Positions 1-8,590 of a stretch of DNA of 32,000 nucleotides are shown piece after piece (within the stretch, counting starts at the first letter, position 1; each line of letters opens with the position of its first letter). The position numbers were made by a program, and so were the translations under genes. Origin of the DNA: Desulfolithobacter dissulfuricans (lineage in GTDB: Bacteria > Desulfobacterota > Desulfobulbia > Desulfobulbales > Desulfobulbaceae); assembly GCF_025998535.1 (NCBI RefSeq), contig NZ_AP024233.1, positions 1,369,219-1,401,218 on the forward strand. The letters are read 5' to 3'. The notes beneath the pieces are model-generated. The model was not told the DNA's origin, did not search any database, and saw only the letters and a list, made by a program, of their open reading frames with translations.

Positions 1-2
1 CC

Positions 3-1187
3 CTGGAAGGGCAGGGTGAGAGGCCCGAGCATGCCAGGGATTACGGAGTGGTGGGCTGCGTGGAGTTGGTCAGCTGCGGCCGGGATTACCCGGCCTCGAG
101 CTCCATTATGCTCAACCTGGTGGCACCGCTGGAGATGGCCCTGTTCAGCGGCCGGCGACCCATCACCGGCTCCGAGCAGATCGGGCCGGTCACCCCCGAC
201 CCGGCCACCATGACTTCCTTTGCCGACTTCAAAGAGGCCTTCTATACCCAGCTCGACTGGCTCATCGAGAACGCCATCGAGCTCAATGAACAGATGGGTG
301 TCATCCATCAGGAGATGCTGCCCTCACCCCTGCTGTCCGCTTTTTTCGAAGGGCCGATGGAGAAGGGCCGCGATCTTATCCACGGCGGCTCGATCTACAA
401 CTCGTCCGGGGCTACCCATATCGGCTTTGCCGACGTGGTCGATTCCTTAAACGGTATCGAGCACGCGGTCTTCAATGAAAAGAAATGCACCTTTGCTGAA
501 CTGATCGAGGCCATCCGGTCCGGTTTTTCCGGCCGGGATCACGAAACGCTGCGGGTCTACCTGCAGAACCGTTGTCCCAAGTTCGGCACCGAACACCCCA
601 TTGCCCTGCGCAACTCCAGGGAACTGGTGGATCACCTGTTCACTGTCTACCAGTCGCACACCAACTACCGTGGCGGTCCTTACCGTCCAGCCTTCTGGAC
701 CATGACCAACCACGCCGGGCTGGGCGGCATTACCGGCGCGCTGCCCAGCGGCCGCAAGCCACACAGTGTCCTGGCCAGTGGCATCACCCCTGTCTCCGGC
801 GCAGCCCCGGAGCTCACCGCCTGCCTCAACGCGGTGTCCTACCTTGGCGGCCTTCAGGTCCCCGGCGGCTGGGCCTTCAACCTCAAGTACTCCCCGGAAC
901 CTGACCAGGAGATCATGAAAAAGCGGTTTGCCCAGACCATGGAAGCCTACTTCCTGTCCGGCGGCCACCAGGTCCAGTTCAACATCATGACCTATGAGAT
1001 GCTCCTTGATGCCAAGGCCCATCCGGACGAATATCCGGAGCTCATGGTCCGGGTATCCGGTTACTCGGCCTATTACAAGGATCTCAACGAGATGATGCAG
1101 GATGAACTCATAACCCGCACCCAATACGATCTCGACAGCGGTGCGGCAGTGCCTTTCCCAGGTAACACTGCAGGGAGGGATGCGTGA
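3..1187 (+). CDS. Glycyl radical enzyme (pyruvate formate-lyase-like / PFL2 family), C-terminal ~394 aa; 5' end lies outside the window
   Basis: Frame 3 is open from nt 3. It contains the thiyl-Cys loop DYGVVGCVE near the window start and the C-terminal glycyl-radical motif RVSGYSAYY. A GRE activase lies downstream. Confidence 0.9.
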   Translation: MEGQGERPEHARDYGVVGCVELVSCGRDYPASSSIMLNLVAPLEMALFSGRRPITGSEQIGPVTPDPATMTSFADFKEAFYTQLDWLIENAIELNEQMGVIHQEMLPSPLLSAFFEGPMEKGRDLIHGGSIYNSSGATHIGFADVVDSLNGIEHAVFNEKKCTFAELIEAIRSGFSGRDHETLRVYLQNRCPKFGTEHPIALRNSRELVDHLFTVYQSHTNYRGGPYRPAFWTMTNHAGLGGITGALPSGRKPHSVLASGITPVSGAAPELTACLNAVSYLGGLQVPGGWAFNLKYSPEPDQEIMKKRFAQTMEAYFLSGGHQVQFNIMTYEMLLDAKAHPDEYPELMVRVSGYSAYYKDLNEMMQDELITRTQYDLDSGAAVPFPGNTAGRDA

Positions 1188-1666
1188 TGTTCGACTTTCT
1201 CAAAAAACTTGACCTGGATGATTTTGAGATCAGCCGCCTCGATGACATGCTGATCCAGAACCTGTGGGCCAGCTTCAGGGAATGTACCGAGTCGGAAGCT
1301 GCCGAGGAGTTTCTCCAGTTGCTCCTCACGCTGATGATGGTCATGTTTCGCCTGAACCGCGACTACCGACAAAACATCCAGGATTTTAACGGCCGCTACC
1401 AGTTTCTCAGCAAGGATGGTGAGATTACCGTTGCCGCCATTTTCCGGGATGGCCGCATGGAGGTCAGGGAGGCCGTCATCCCGGACCCGCATATCACCAT
1501 CACCTTCCGGGACGGAAGAGCCCTGTTCAACTACCTCATCTCGCCGCGCCAGGATATCATCGGTTCCATCCTCCGGCACGACGTGGAGACCGATGGCAAC
1601 CTCAACTACCTCTACCGATTTGGCTATCTTGCCAAGCAACTCCTGGAAATGGCACCTGGCCAGTGA
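1187..1666 (+). CDS. Hypothetical 159-aa protein between GRE and activase; possible SCP2-like fold (tentative)
   Basis: The ATG overlaps the GRE stop (TGATG) and GGGAGGGA lies just upstream. Its stop overlaps the activase GTG start (GTGA). The C-terminal half (ITITFRDGRALFNYLISPRQDIIGSILRHDVETDGNLNYLYRFGYL) resembles SCP2-domain spacing; this is from memory only. Confidence 0.6.
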   Translation: MFDFLKKLDLDDFEISRLDDMLIQNLWASFRECTESEAAEEFLQLLLTLMMVMFRLNRDYRQNIQDFNGRYQFLSKDGEITVAAIFRDGRMEVREAVIPDPHITITFRDGRALFNYLISPRQDIIGSILRHDVETDGNLNYLYRFGYLAKQLLEMAPGQ

Positions 1667-2520
1667 AGCGAGGCCGTATAGGTTCCATAGGGCGGTATTG
1701 CCTCCACGACGGACCCGGCATTCGGACAACGGTGTTCCTTAAAGGGTGTCCCCTGCAATGTCCCTGGTGCCATAACCCGGAATTCATCAATCCAGCCCCG
1801 GAGATCGCCTTTTATCACAGCCGCTGCGTGGGCTGCGGGGAGTGCGGCGAGGTCTGCCGGGACCAGGCCATCAGCTATGCCACCCCGCTGCGGATCATCC
1901 GCAACAGATGTACCGTCTGCGGCCTCTGCGTCGAGGCCTGCCCGGCCCGGGCCCTGGAGTTTGTCGGCCAGGAGATGAGCGTGGAGGAAGTGCTGGAGAT
2001 CATCATGCGCGACCAGCACTTCTACGAGGTCTCGGGCGGCGGGGTCACCCTGTCCGGCGGCGAGCCCACGGTGCAGATGGAGTTCATCTCCGCCCTGCTG
2101 AAGGAACTCAAAGCCAGGGGAGTCCACACTGCCATCCAGACCAGCGGTTACTTTGTCTGGGAGGAGTTTGCCAGTGGGCCCCTGCCGCTGCTCGATCTCA
2201 TCTTCATGGATATCAAAATAGCTGACCCTCGGGAGCACCGGCTTGTCACCGGGGTCGAGAATACGGTTATTCGGGAGAACCTGGAACGGCTTATACGTGA
2301 GTTCCCGGACAAGGAGGTCGTGGTGAGAATACCCATTGTTCCGGGGTACACGGCCTTTGCGGAAAACCTCTATGCTCTTTCCTCCTGGCTTGAAGATATC
2401 GGTGCCCGGCAGGTGGTTCTCCTGCCGTTCCATCCGTTTGGCATCTCAAAGGCTGAAAATATCGGCAGGCAGGTGGACGAAAGACTGCCCCGCAAGTCTC
2501 TGTGCCAGGGGAGCTTTTGA
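1663..2520 (+). CDS. Glycyl-radical enzyme activating enzyme (radical SAM, with ferredoxin-like insert)
   Basis: Motifs seen: GPGIRTTVFLKGCPLQCPWCHNPE (CX3CX2C) plus two extra Cys clusters, CVGCGECGEVC and CTVCGLCVEAC. GTG start overlaps the upstream stop. Confidence 0.9.
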   Translation: MKRGRIGSIGRYCLHDGPGIRTTVFLKGCPLQCPWCHNPEFINPAPEIAFYHSRCVGCGECGEVCRDQAISYATPLRIIRNRCTVCGLCVEACPARALEFVGQEMSVEEVLEIIMRDQHFYEVSGGGVTLSGGEPTVQMEFISALLKELKARGVHTAIQTSGYFVWEEFASGPLPLLDLIFMDIKIADPREHRLVTGVENTVIRENLERLIREFPDKEVVVRIPIVPGYTAFAENLYALSSWLEDIGARQVVLLPFHPFGISKAENIGRQVDERLPRKSLCQGSF

Positions 2521-2566
2521 AGTGGCAGAGTCTTTTTCAGTGGGCTGAAGAAAAGGAGTAGAGATC

Positions 2567-3258
2567 ATGCTGTTGAAAAAGGGAATACAGAACCAGAGGG
2601 TGGAGGAACTGCAGAAACGGCTCCAGGAACTGGGCTACGATCCGGGACCGGCGGACGGTGTCTTTGGCCCGAGGACCGAGATGGCGGTGCTCGCTTTTCA
2701 GGAGGACAAGGGTCTTTCAGTGGACGGCGTGGTCGGGCGGGAAACCTGGAACGGTCTGTTTGCCAGCCCCATACCGGAGGTAGTTTCAGAGCTGACCAGG
2801 CCACCTTCCTACAGCCAGTGTTTTGATGTCTTTGGTGATTTCCGGGTCGCAGGCTGGCAGGAACAGAGCCTGGTCCGCTGCGACCTCTCGGAGATGGCCG
2901 ATGCCCTGGGGCATATCTACATCAGCTGGCTCACCGAAGACGACAAGGCCTTTGTCCATCATAACTGATTTGGTTTTGTCTGTCACCGCCTGGTGGCGCC
3001 CCATATCCAGGCCGCCTTCCAGACCGTGGTGGAACGGGGCCTGGCCGACAAAATCCGAACCTGGGACGGCTGTTTCAATGTACGGCACATGCGCGGTGCC
3101 GGCCAGTGGTCTACCCATTCCTGGGGCATTGCCTTTGACCTGGATGCGCCCTGGAACCGCTTCGGACAGCGGAACTTTGCCATGGATGAAGAGGTGGCAG
3201 CGTGTTTTGAAGAGGCAGGATTTGTCTGGGGCGGCCGCTGGAACCGGCCAGATGGTAT
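2567..3258 (+). pseudogene. Peptidoglycan-binding-domain / peptidase M15 (VanY-like, LAS family) gene, 5' part; in-frame TGA at 2966-2968, then cut by IS4
   Basis: AAAAGGAG RBS. PG_binding_1-like LQELGYDPGPADGVFGPRTEMAVLAFQEDKGLSVDGVVG. Same frame continues after the TGA into FVCHRLVAP...HSWGIAFD...GGRWNRPDG. Reading is broken at 3258/3259 by the IS. Confidence 0.85.
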
Positions 3259-4538
3259 CACTAGTGTCCGGTTATAGTTAACTGAAATCAAATAACATTT
3301 TTTGTGGATTGTCGATTTTGTGTTTAGCAGGCGGTCGTTCAAACAGTGCCCACAAACTCTGCCTTTTGAACAGGTTTAGCTGCAGTAAACGCTGGATTTG
3401 AGTAATTGACTGGCCGAGATTTGCCAGGAACTTCATATACGCGAGGACCAGCATGGTGATCAAGGCAACCCAAATCTGCGTCATGACAGCGTTGCGACTG
3501 GTGCCCAGGAAGGTCTTGATCTTCAGGTTCTGCTTGATCCACTTGAAAAACAGCTCGATCTTCCAGCGATCCTTGTAGATATCGGCAATGGTCTTGGCGG
3601 CAAGGTGAAAATTATTGGTCAGAAAAAAGTACTGCTTGCCAGTCTCTGGGTCTCTATAGCCGATCCTGCGTAATGGAATGGGACAGTCACCGGCCTTGGG
3701 GCCGGTCAGGATAATGGTCTGATCAGAGGTGAGTCCTTTGTTTTTGAGGACAGAGCGCCGTTCAACGACACGGTACTTGATGTTGCTTTTGAGACGGGTG
3801 ACGAGGTAATTTCTTCTCTCATTGAGTTGATAGAGCCAGGCAAAATCGATATAGGCTCTGTCTGCAGCCACGATGGAACCGGCAGGTAGTGCCAGTGTTC
3901 TCGCAAAGGCAAGATCTGAAGTCTTGGCATCGGTGATACTGGCGAATTGCGGAATATGGCCATCGTGATCAAGGACGGCATGCAACTTGATGCCGCCTTT
4001 GGCGGAACGAAACCTGGCCCAGGGAAAAACCGACAGACAAAGATCGATGGTGGAGGCATCAAGCGAATAGAGCTTGTTTTTGAACCGAAACTTTTTTTTA
4101 CCCGGCGCGATGGCACCACAGCGCTGATATGTTTTCTCGAAAAAGGCCTGGAAGAATTCAGCAGTCCGGTTGTTGTTTGCATCGGCAAGGGTGGATTTCT
4201 TCACCGGTTTTAATCCAAGGTGGTACAACCTGCCCGCCTGGGCCTGCAGGGACGCACTGATATCCCGAAGGCTTGCTCTACCGGTGATTTGCGCAAACAT
4301 CATGGTTGTAAATTGTCCCCAGCGGCTCAACGCGCGGTATGTACGCTGGGGCCGAAACTGACCATTTTCCAGCGTTTGAAAATCATGTCTGTCAATAAGT
4401 TTGAGCAATTGAGCGAGTACCGTGTTATTATGCGCCATGGCCTGAATCTCCTTTTATGTTAAGTTGTTAGCGGTAACAATAATATACACGAAAGGAGCTC
4501 TTCAGGCCGTATCTATTTTCCTTAACCGGACAGCAGTG
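3259..4538 (-). mobile_element. IS4-family insertion sequence (1280 bp) with 9-bp target-site duplication AGATGGTAT
   Basis: Terminal inverted repeats are CACTAGTGTCCGGTTA (3259-) and CACTGCTGTCCGGTTA (reverse complement of -4538). Direct repeat AGATGGTAT sits at 3250-3258 and 4539-4547. Confidence 0.9.
3278..4438 (-). CDS. IS4-family DDE transposase (386 aa)
   Basis: Contains YKDRWKIELFFKWIK, the Y-x2-R-x3-E-x6-K signature of IS4-family transposases. Full-length ORF inside the inverted repeats. Confidence 0.9.
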   Translation of the reverse strand: MAHNNTVLAQLLKLIDRHDFQTLENGQFRPQRTYRALSRWGQFTTMMFAQITGRASLRDISASLQAQAGRLYHLGLKPVKKSTLADANNNRTAEFFQAFFEKTYQRCGAIAPGKKKFRFKNKLYSLDASTIDLCLSVFPWARFRSAKGGIKLHAVLDHDGHIPQFASITDAKTSDLAFARTLALPAGSIVAADRAYIDFAWLYQLNERRNYLVTRLKSNIKYRVVERRSVLKNKGLTSDQTIILTGPKAGDCPIPLRRIGYRDPETGKQYFFLTNNFHLAAKTIADIYKDRWKIELFFKWIKQNLKIKTFLGTSRNAVMTQIWVALITMLVLAYMKFLANLGQSITQIQRLLQLNLFKRQSLWALFERPPAKHKIDNPQKMLFDFS

Positions 4539-4539
4539 A

Positions 4540-4575
4540 GATGGTATGCATTTCCAGTACTGCACCGTGAGATAA
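4540..4575 (+). pseudogene. 3' remnant of the M15 peptidase gene (DGMHFQYCTVR*)
   Basis: GAT GGT ATG CAT TTC CAG ... TAA lies directly after the IS. Joining 3258 to 4548 gives ...GGRWNRPDGMHFQYCTVR*, restoring the conserved D-x-MHF end. Total 720 nt, in frame. Confidence 0.85.
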
Positions 4576-4604
4576 TCGGCAAACCGATAAGGGGAGGGAG
4601 CACA

Positions 4605-5576
4605 ATGAATATCGAGTTTCATTACAACATCACCTACATCCTTGCCAGAAAAGCCCGGTTTGACAGCCAGGATGCCTTTATCCTGGCCTATTCCAGCCAG
4701 TACGTGGATGACAACGCCTTCCACTACTACATAAATTACCCCGATGGGGGCCATTTCATATCCGAGGTCTCCCAGACCATGGATATCACCAAGCCCTCAC
4801 CCAAGCGGCAGAAGATCTATCCCCTGTTCCATTTCATTCCCGGTGATCCGGACAGCCCCACGGCCCGGCGCAAGGATGGCAAGACCCATCCCTTCAACAC
4901 CACCCCGGACAGCGAAAATGCCCGCTACCTGCTTCAGCGGGCCCTGGCTTCAGGTGATCTCTACCGCATGGGTGTGGCCTTGCACGCCTACGCCGACACC
5001 TGGGCCCACCAGAACTTTCTCGGCCTGAAAAATAAGTTCAACGCCTTGCCCGGCCTTGTCGAGTCTCTCATCCCTAATATCGGCCACGCCGATGCCAAGC
5101 ATGAACCGGACACGGTGAATAACCGCTGGAAAGACGACCGTTTGGTGGAGGAGCTTGAGGTGGTCGACAATAACGACCGTTTCATCCAGGCGGCGGAAAA
5201 GATCTTCAAAACTCTGTGGCAGGTGAAAAATTCCGATCAGGATGACCCGACCCCCCTCTGGCAGGAACTGAAAAAACAGCTTCTGACCGCCATGGACGAG
5301 ACCTACCTCCTGGGCGCCGATGACCGGGCCAGAAAAAAGGCCTATCGCAAAATCTGCGACGACATGCCCGACTACGACGAAAACCGGTGGCGCTACGCGG
5401 CCGTGGAAAAGCGAGAGTTTGAAATCGATCTGTTCGACAAGTACTGGGCCAAAGGCAGCCGGGAAGAATTCGAACAGTCCGACTGGTACAGGTTCCAGCA
5501 GGCCGTTATCGCCCACCGCGAAGACGCTCTGAAAAGACTGCACCCCCTGTACGAGGCAGAACATTTTCCGGCCTGA
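4605..5576 (+). CDS. Conserved hypothetical protein (323 aa) with His/Asp motifs
   Basis: GGGGAGGGAG RBS 5 nt before the ATG at 4605; the upstream part of ORF 4464 is IS plus peptidase remnant. Motifs HAYADTWAHQNF and IGHADAKHEPD suggest a metal site, possibly Zn-phospholipase-C / P1-nuclease-like; this is inference. Confidence 0.7.
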   Translation: MNIEFHYNITYILARKARFDSQDAFILAYSSQYVDDNAFHYYINYPDGGHFISEVSQTMDITKPSPKRQKIYPLFHFIPGDPDSPTARRKDGKTHPFNTTPDSENARYLLQRALASGDLYRMGVALHAYADTWAHQNFLGLKNKFNALPGLVESLIPNIGHADAKHEPDTVNNRWKDDRLVEELEVVDNNDRFIQAAEKIFKTLWQVKNSDQDDPTPLWQELKKQLLTAMDETYLLGADDRARKKAYRKICDDMPDYDENRWRYAAVEKREFEIDLFDKYWAKGSREEFEQSDWYRFQQAVIAHREDALKRLHPLYEAEHFPA

Positions 5577-5742
5577 GCGTAACTGGCTTCAAGATATCAA
5601 AACAGGACAAAAGGCCTGAAAACACCATTGCTATCAAACCTGTCAGGCATTCTGCCATGATAATAACTTGTTGGGTTTGCAGCAGTTCCTGGCCAAAAGC
5701 CAACCCCAGGCAAGAATGGGAGATAGACTCCTGTTTCTGATA

Positions 5743-6942
5743 TCACGCTGGCTTGACGGGATTTTTTTGGTATGTGGCGCTTGGTTCGCCGTCAATATAG
5801 ATGCCTTCCAGATAGGAGAGTTTTCTCGGGAGCTGTTTCACCGTGCCCCTGGCAATCAGGAAAGTTGCTCTCCGCCCAACGGTAAGCGTGCCCAGCTTCT
5901 CCATGCCGAAGAACCTGGCTCCGTTTTCCGATGCGCACCGGATAGTCTCCGCCAGTGAATAGCCGGCCTTGATGAACAATTTCATCTCCTCGACCATCGA
6001 CTCGCCATGGAGTATGCCAACACTGCCGGCACCGGTTCCCACAGCCGTTGTCACCCCCAGTTTTCTGGCAGACCGCAGTTGCGTCAGTTGCCCGGCGAGC
6101 ATCTTTTTCCAGAAAGCCTCTGCGCCGGGGTCCGACTTTCCCGGTGCCACATAGCGCTGCGAGAACCGGCAGCACACATCCCCGCCGGTCCCGGCACCGT
6201 CCAGAGCATTCTTGGCCCGCAGTACACTGGGTATCCACAGCACATTCTTTTCCGCCATTTTCCTGAGATTGTCTTCGCCCATAAGGTATCCCTGCTCGAT
6301 GGCATCGCACCCTGCCTCAAGCGCCTCCTCAACCTGTTGCGGGCCATTGGCCACCACTATCGCCTTTTTTCCTCCTCTGTGCTGCAGAATGCGGCACAGG
6401 TCTTCATGGTCTAGCCGTGGATGTGGGGCTCCCTCGTCTTCGATATTGCCGGAATAACCGATCTTGAGATAATCAGCTCCTGCCGGGTAGCCAGCTGCAA
6501 CGTCCTGCCAGCTCCGGCAGAGTCGTCCGCATGTTCTAAGGTTAATTATAATCCCCTGCGTCATTCTCTCCTGAGAACGTGCCACCAGGTCGGTTATATC
6601 ATCGCTGTCGGCCACTCCAAGCACTCCGTGTGCATGGCAGTAACGGATATGCTGCTCCACCATGGCGGCCTTTTTCGCAAAGCCGGCTTCTTCAATGGAT
6701 AACCTTACCATCCTGTCCACGGAGGGCGATTGCGACAGGGAGACGCTGCAGTCAACCAGCGCCGGCAAAATGGTACAGTGCGTGAAATCGTCGATTGCAG
6801 CCCCGTCGTTGCGAGGAAGATCCGCTGCGGAGCCCATGGCGGTAATAATGCCGTCCTTCACTGCCAGAAAGACATTCCTGCGCACATCGGCGCCGCTACC
6901 GTCGATAAAACTTCCCGCCACTATGAATCGTGTTCCGCCCAT
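5743..6942 (-). CDS. Amidohydrolase-superfamily homologue (399 aa) lacking the canonical metal ligands
   Basis: Family-typical N-terminus (FIDGSGADVRRNVFLAVKDGIITAMG) and C-terminus (GTLTVGRRATFLI). Ligand positions read VDCSVSL, VVANG, AIEQG and GTGAG. Confidence 0.8.
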   Translation of the reverse strand: MGGTRFIVAGSFIDGSGADVRRNVFLAVKDGIITAMGSAADLPRNDGAAIDDFTHCTILPALVDCSVSLSQSPSVDRMVRLSIEEAGFAKKAAMVEQHIRYCHAHGVLGVADSDDITDLVARSQERMTQGIIINLRTCGRLCRSWQDVAAGYPAGADYLKIGYSGNIEDEGAPHPRLDHEDLCRILQHRGGKKAIVVANGPQQVEEALEAGCDAIEQGYLMGEDNLRKMAEKNVLWIPSVLRAKNALDGAGTGGDVCCRFSQRYVAPGKSDPGAEAFWKKMLAGQLTQLRSARKLGVTTAVGTGAGSVGILHGESMVEEMKLFIKAGYSLAETIRCASENGARFFGMEKLGTLTVGRRATFLIARGTVKQLPRKLSYLEGIYIDGEPSATYQKNPVKPA

Positions 6943-7213
6943 GACTGTTTTGTTTTCCTATGTTAGCGGTCGTGTTTCTGGTGAGGGTTGATAACGGGGC
7001 TCTTCATGCAACCAGGTGCGTGAAAAGAGCTTACCAAACCAAGAAAAAGGATCAAGCCTGCTGATTTATAGGCAAGTGGCATCAGGGTTATCTCTCCATT
7101 CTTGTCACACAAGCAGCAGCTGACCAACCACCTCTGCCACCTTGACCTTCCATATCTAGCCTGCCTTCCCACCCGCACTCCGTCGTTACTGCTCCGGATC
7201 AGCTTTGCTCCAT

Positions 7214-7276
7214 CAATAAAAAAATCATCGTGTGACCTTTTTGTTACCTGAGGTGTGTTATCAAATACTGAGAGGG
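7214..7276 (+). repeat. Conserved non-coding motif, copy A
   Basis: CAATAAAAA...GTGACCTTTTTGTTACCTGAGGTGTGTTATCAAATACTGAGAGGG. An ungapped 36-nt core matches 21695-21730 at 28/36 positions. Confidence 0.5.
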
Positions 7277-7798
7277 AATATCCCACGCGCAAAAGAAAAG
7301 CAACGGCTACATCGCCAACCACTTAGAAAGACCTGGTTGTCGTACGATACAAAGAGGTTGGCATAACATTCCATTCTTCTCTCAATCGGTTACCGGCTGG
7401 CAGTTCTTTTATACAGGTCTCTCGTTGAGACTTCCCGTTCGGCTCCAGGGATTTTTAGGCTAAGACATTCCTTGTCTGTTACCCCTGTAGCGCCGATTGT
7501 GTTGCCGGCAGTGTCAAAAGCTCGGGCTGCAATGTGCAATGTCTGAAAACAAGGCTCAGGCCTTGTGCCGTTCCGGCGTCGTGCAGCAGCATAGCGTGGA
7601 TCGTGACGAACTCGGTTGGAGGGAGAATCTGTCCGTGAATCCGTATGACGAGGGAGCAGGACGGACACCCAGTCATTACCCGGGAGGGGAAGGTGACCAT
7701 CAGTGACGCTGGTACACTTTTCATTGCCATTTTTGGCCCGGTTATATCCAGCCACTGAACCTTGGCTGCCTGAACGCCATACACCACAGGAGGGTAAC

Positions 7799-8410
7799 AT
7801 GTCTGCAAAACAATTCGTCACAATTCTAGGCCTGTCACTGGTTACTTCTTTTCTGGGCGGTCTCCTTGCGGTGTATCTCATCTCCGTGCCCTCGGCAAAG
7901 GCCCAGCATGCTTTTTTCGATGCTCTGGCGGTCGGTACGCCGCTCAGCGGCCGGGGAGAGATGGTGCGGGTGAAGGGATGGACCGTGCTTGGCCAGGCCG
8001 GGGTCCAGGGTGGGCAGCTGACCTTCATGCCGCCGGACGGAACGGGTTTCTACAGTATCGACAATCCGGGCGGCCATCGGCTGCGGTTTTCCGGTGGAGG
8101 ACGGCCAGGGCAGTATGAATACATGTCCATCAGCCATCCGGGACTGGTCAGGATCAATGGAACACTCCAGGTAATGGGCGCCATCGTCGACCGGAACGGC
8201 CAACCGTTCCAGGGGCGACGCAACCTTCCGCAGATACCGAGAGCAGCCAGGGGTGGCGGCAAGGATGATGCGGCAGGTCTCAGCAGTCTCCAGGTCCTGC
8301 GCGATGAACTTAATGCTGTCTGGGATGAACTGGAGCAGGTCCGGCAGCGGGTGTTAATGACACTCCATATAGAGCCATTTCATGATCACCCTAATCGGGC
8401 CACCTCATGA
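7799..8410 (+). CDS. Hypothetical exported/signal-anchored protein; native 3' end displaced by IS21 (last 19 codons are IS-derived)
   Basis: AGGAGGG RBS. N-terminus MSAKQFVTILGLSLVTSFLGGLLAVYLISVPSAKAQ looks like a signal peptide. Native end ...QRVNLLSQ* is recovered by joining 8351 to 11015-11034 (573 nt, in frame). Confidence 0.65.
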   Translation: MSAKQFVTILGLSLVTSFLGGLLAVYLISVPSAKAQHAFFDALAVGTPLSGRGEMVRVKGWTVLGQAGVQGGQLTFMPPDGTGFYSIDNPGGHRLRFSGGGRPGQYEYMSISHPGLVRINGTLQVMGAIVDRNGQPFQGRRNLPQIPRAARGGGKDDAAGLSSLQVLRDELNAVWDELEQVRQRVLMTLHIEPFHDHPNRATS

Positions 8411-8521
8411 TCGCCGTAATGGAGCCACCCGATGATCAGGCTAATCGAGCCACCCTGTGATCATCTAATGGAGCCACTGGAGGATCATGGTAATCGAGCC
8501 ACTTCCTCGGATCATAATCGG
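8372..8521 (+). repeat. IS21 left-end multiple subterminal repeats (about 5-6 units of ~26 bp, TGATCA-N-TAATCGAGCCAC)
   Basis: Tandem, degenerate units are visible. Two to three inverted units (GTGGCTCGATTA...) sit at the right end, 10950-11005. Confidence 0.8.
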
Positions 8522-8590
8522 TTCTCGGACTTCCAGATGATCTGGTATACCTTCGCGAAACCAGGAAAACGTTTCCATGGAGGTGTACCA

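Noticed and set aside
447-1124. Long antisense or overlapping ORFs. On the - strand: 447..1124, 1624..2433, 4950..5564, 8657..9766, 10105..10953, 13033..13845, 19351..19995, 22323..23072, 29639..30817. On the + strand: 16065..16640, 17450..18124, 26209..27075.
   Set aside because: All lie opposite or out of frame to genes with strong motif support. They have low-complexity Arg/Pro/Gly-rich translations typical of shadow ORFs in GC-rich DNA.
2966-2968. In-frame TGA in the M15 peptidase as a possible selenocysteine codon
   Set aside because: It lies in a linker-like region of a family not known to use Sec. I see no convincing hairpin immediately downstream, and the gene is independently destroyed by an IS. 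A nonsense mutation is the simpler reading.
7711-7729. Sigma-54-like promoter TGGTAC-N-TTGCC upstream of the exported-protein gene
   Set aside because: The GG-to-GC spacing is about 3 nt longer than the strict -24/-12 spacing.
7390-8028. 212-aa ORF on the minus strand upstream of, and overlapping, the exported-protein gene
   Set aside because: Its composition is Arg/Pro/Ser/Thr-rich with no RBS or recognisable motif. It overlaps the better-supported + strand gene starting at 7799.
8372-8521. Tandem ~26-bp repeats (also 28620-28800 on the other copy) that superficially resemble a repeat/spacer array
   Set aside because: The units are degenerate and contiguous, without unique spacers. They abut the TG...CA termini of IS21 elements and recur inverted at the opposite IS end. 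These are the multiple IstA-binding terminal repeats typical of IS21, not a CRISPR array.
8432-8590. N-terminal extension of IstA (576-aa ORF starting at 8432)
   Set aside because: The extension is translated from the terminal-repeat array. Copy 2 and the GGAGG RBS support the MANRRF start at 8591.
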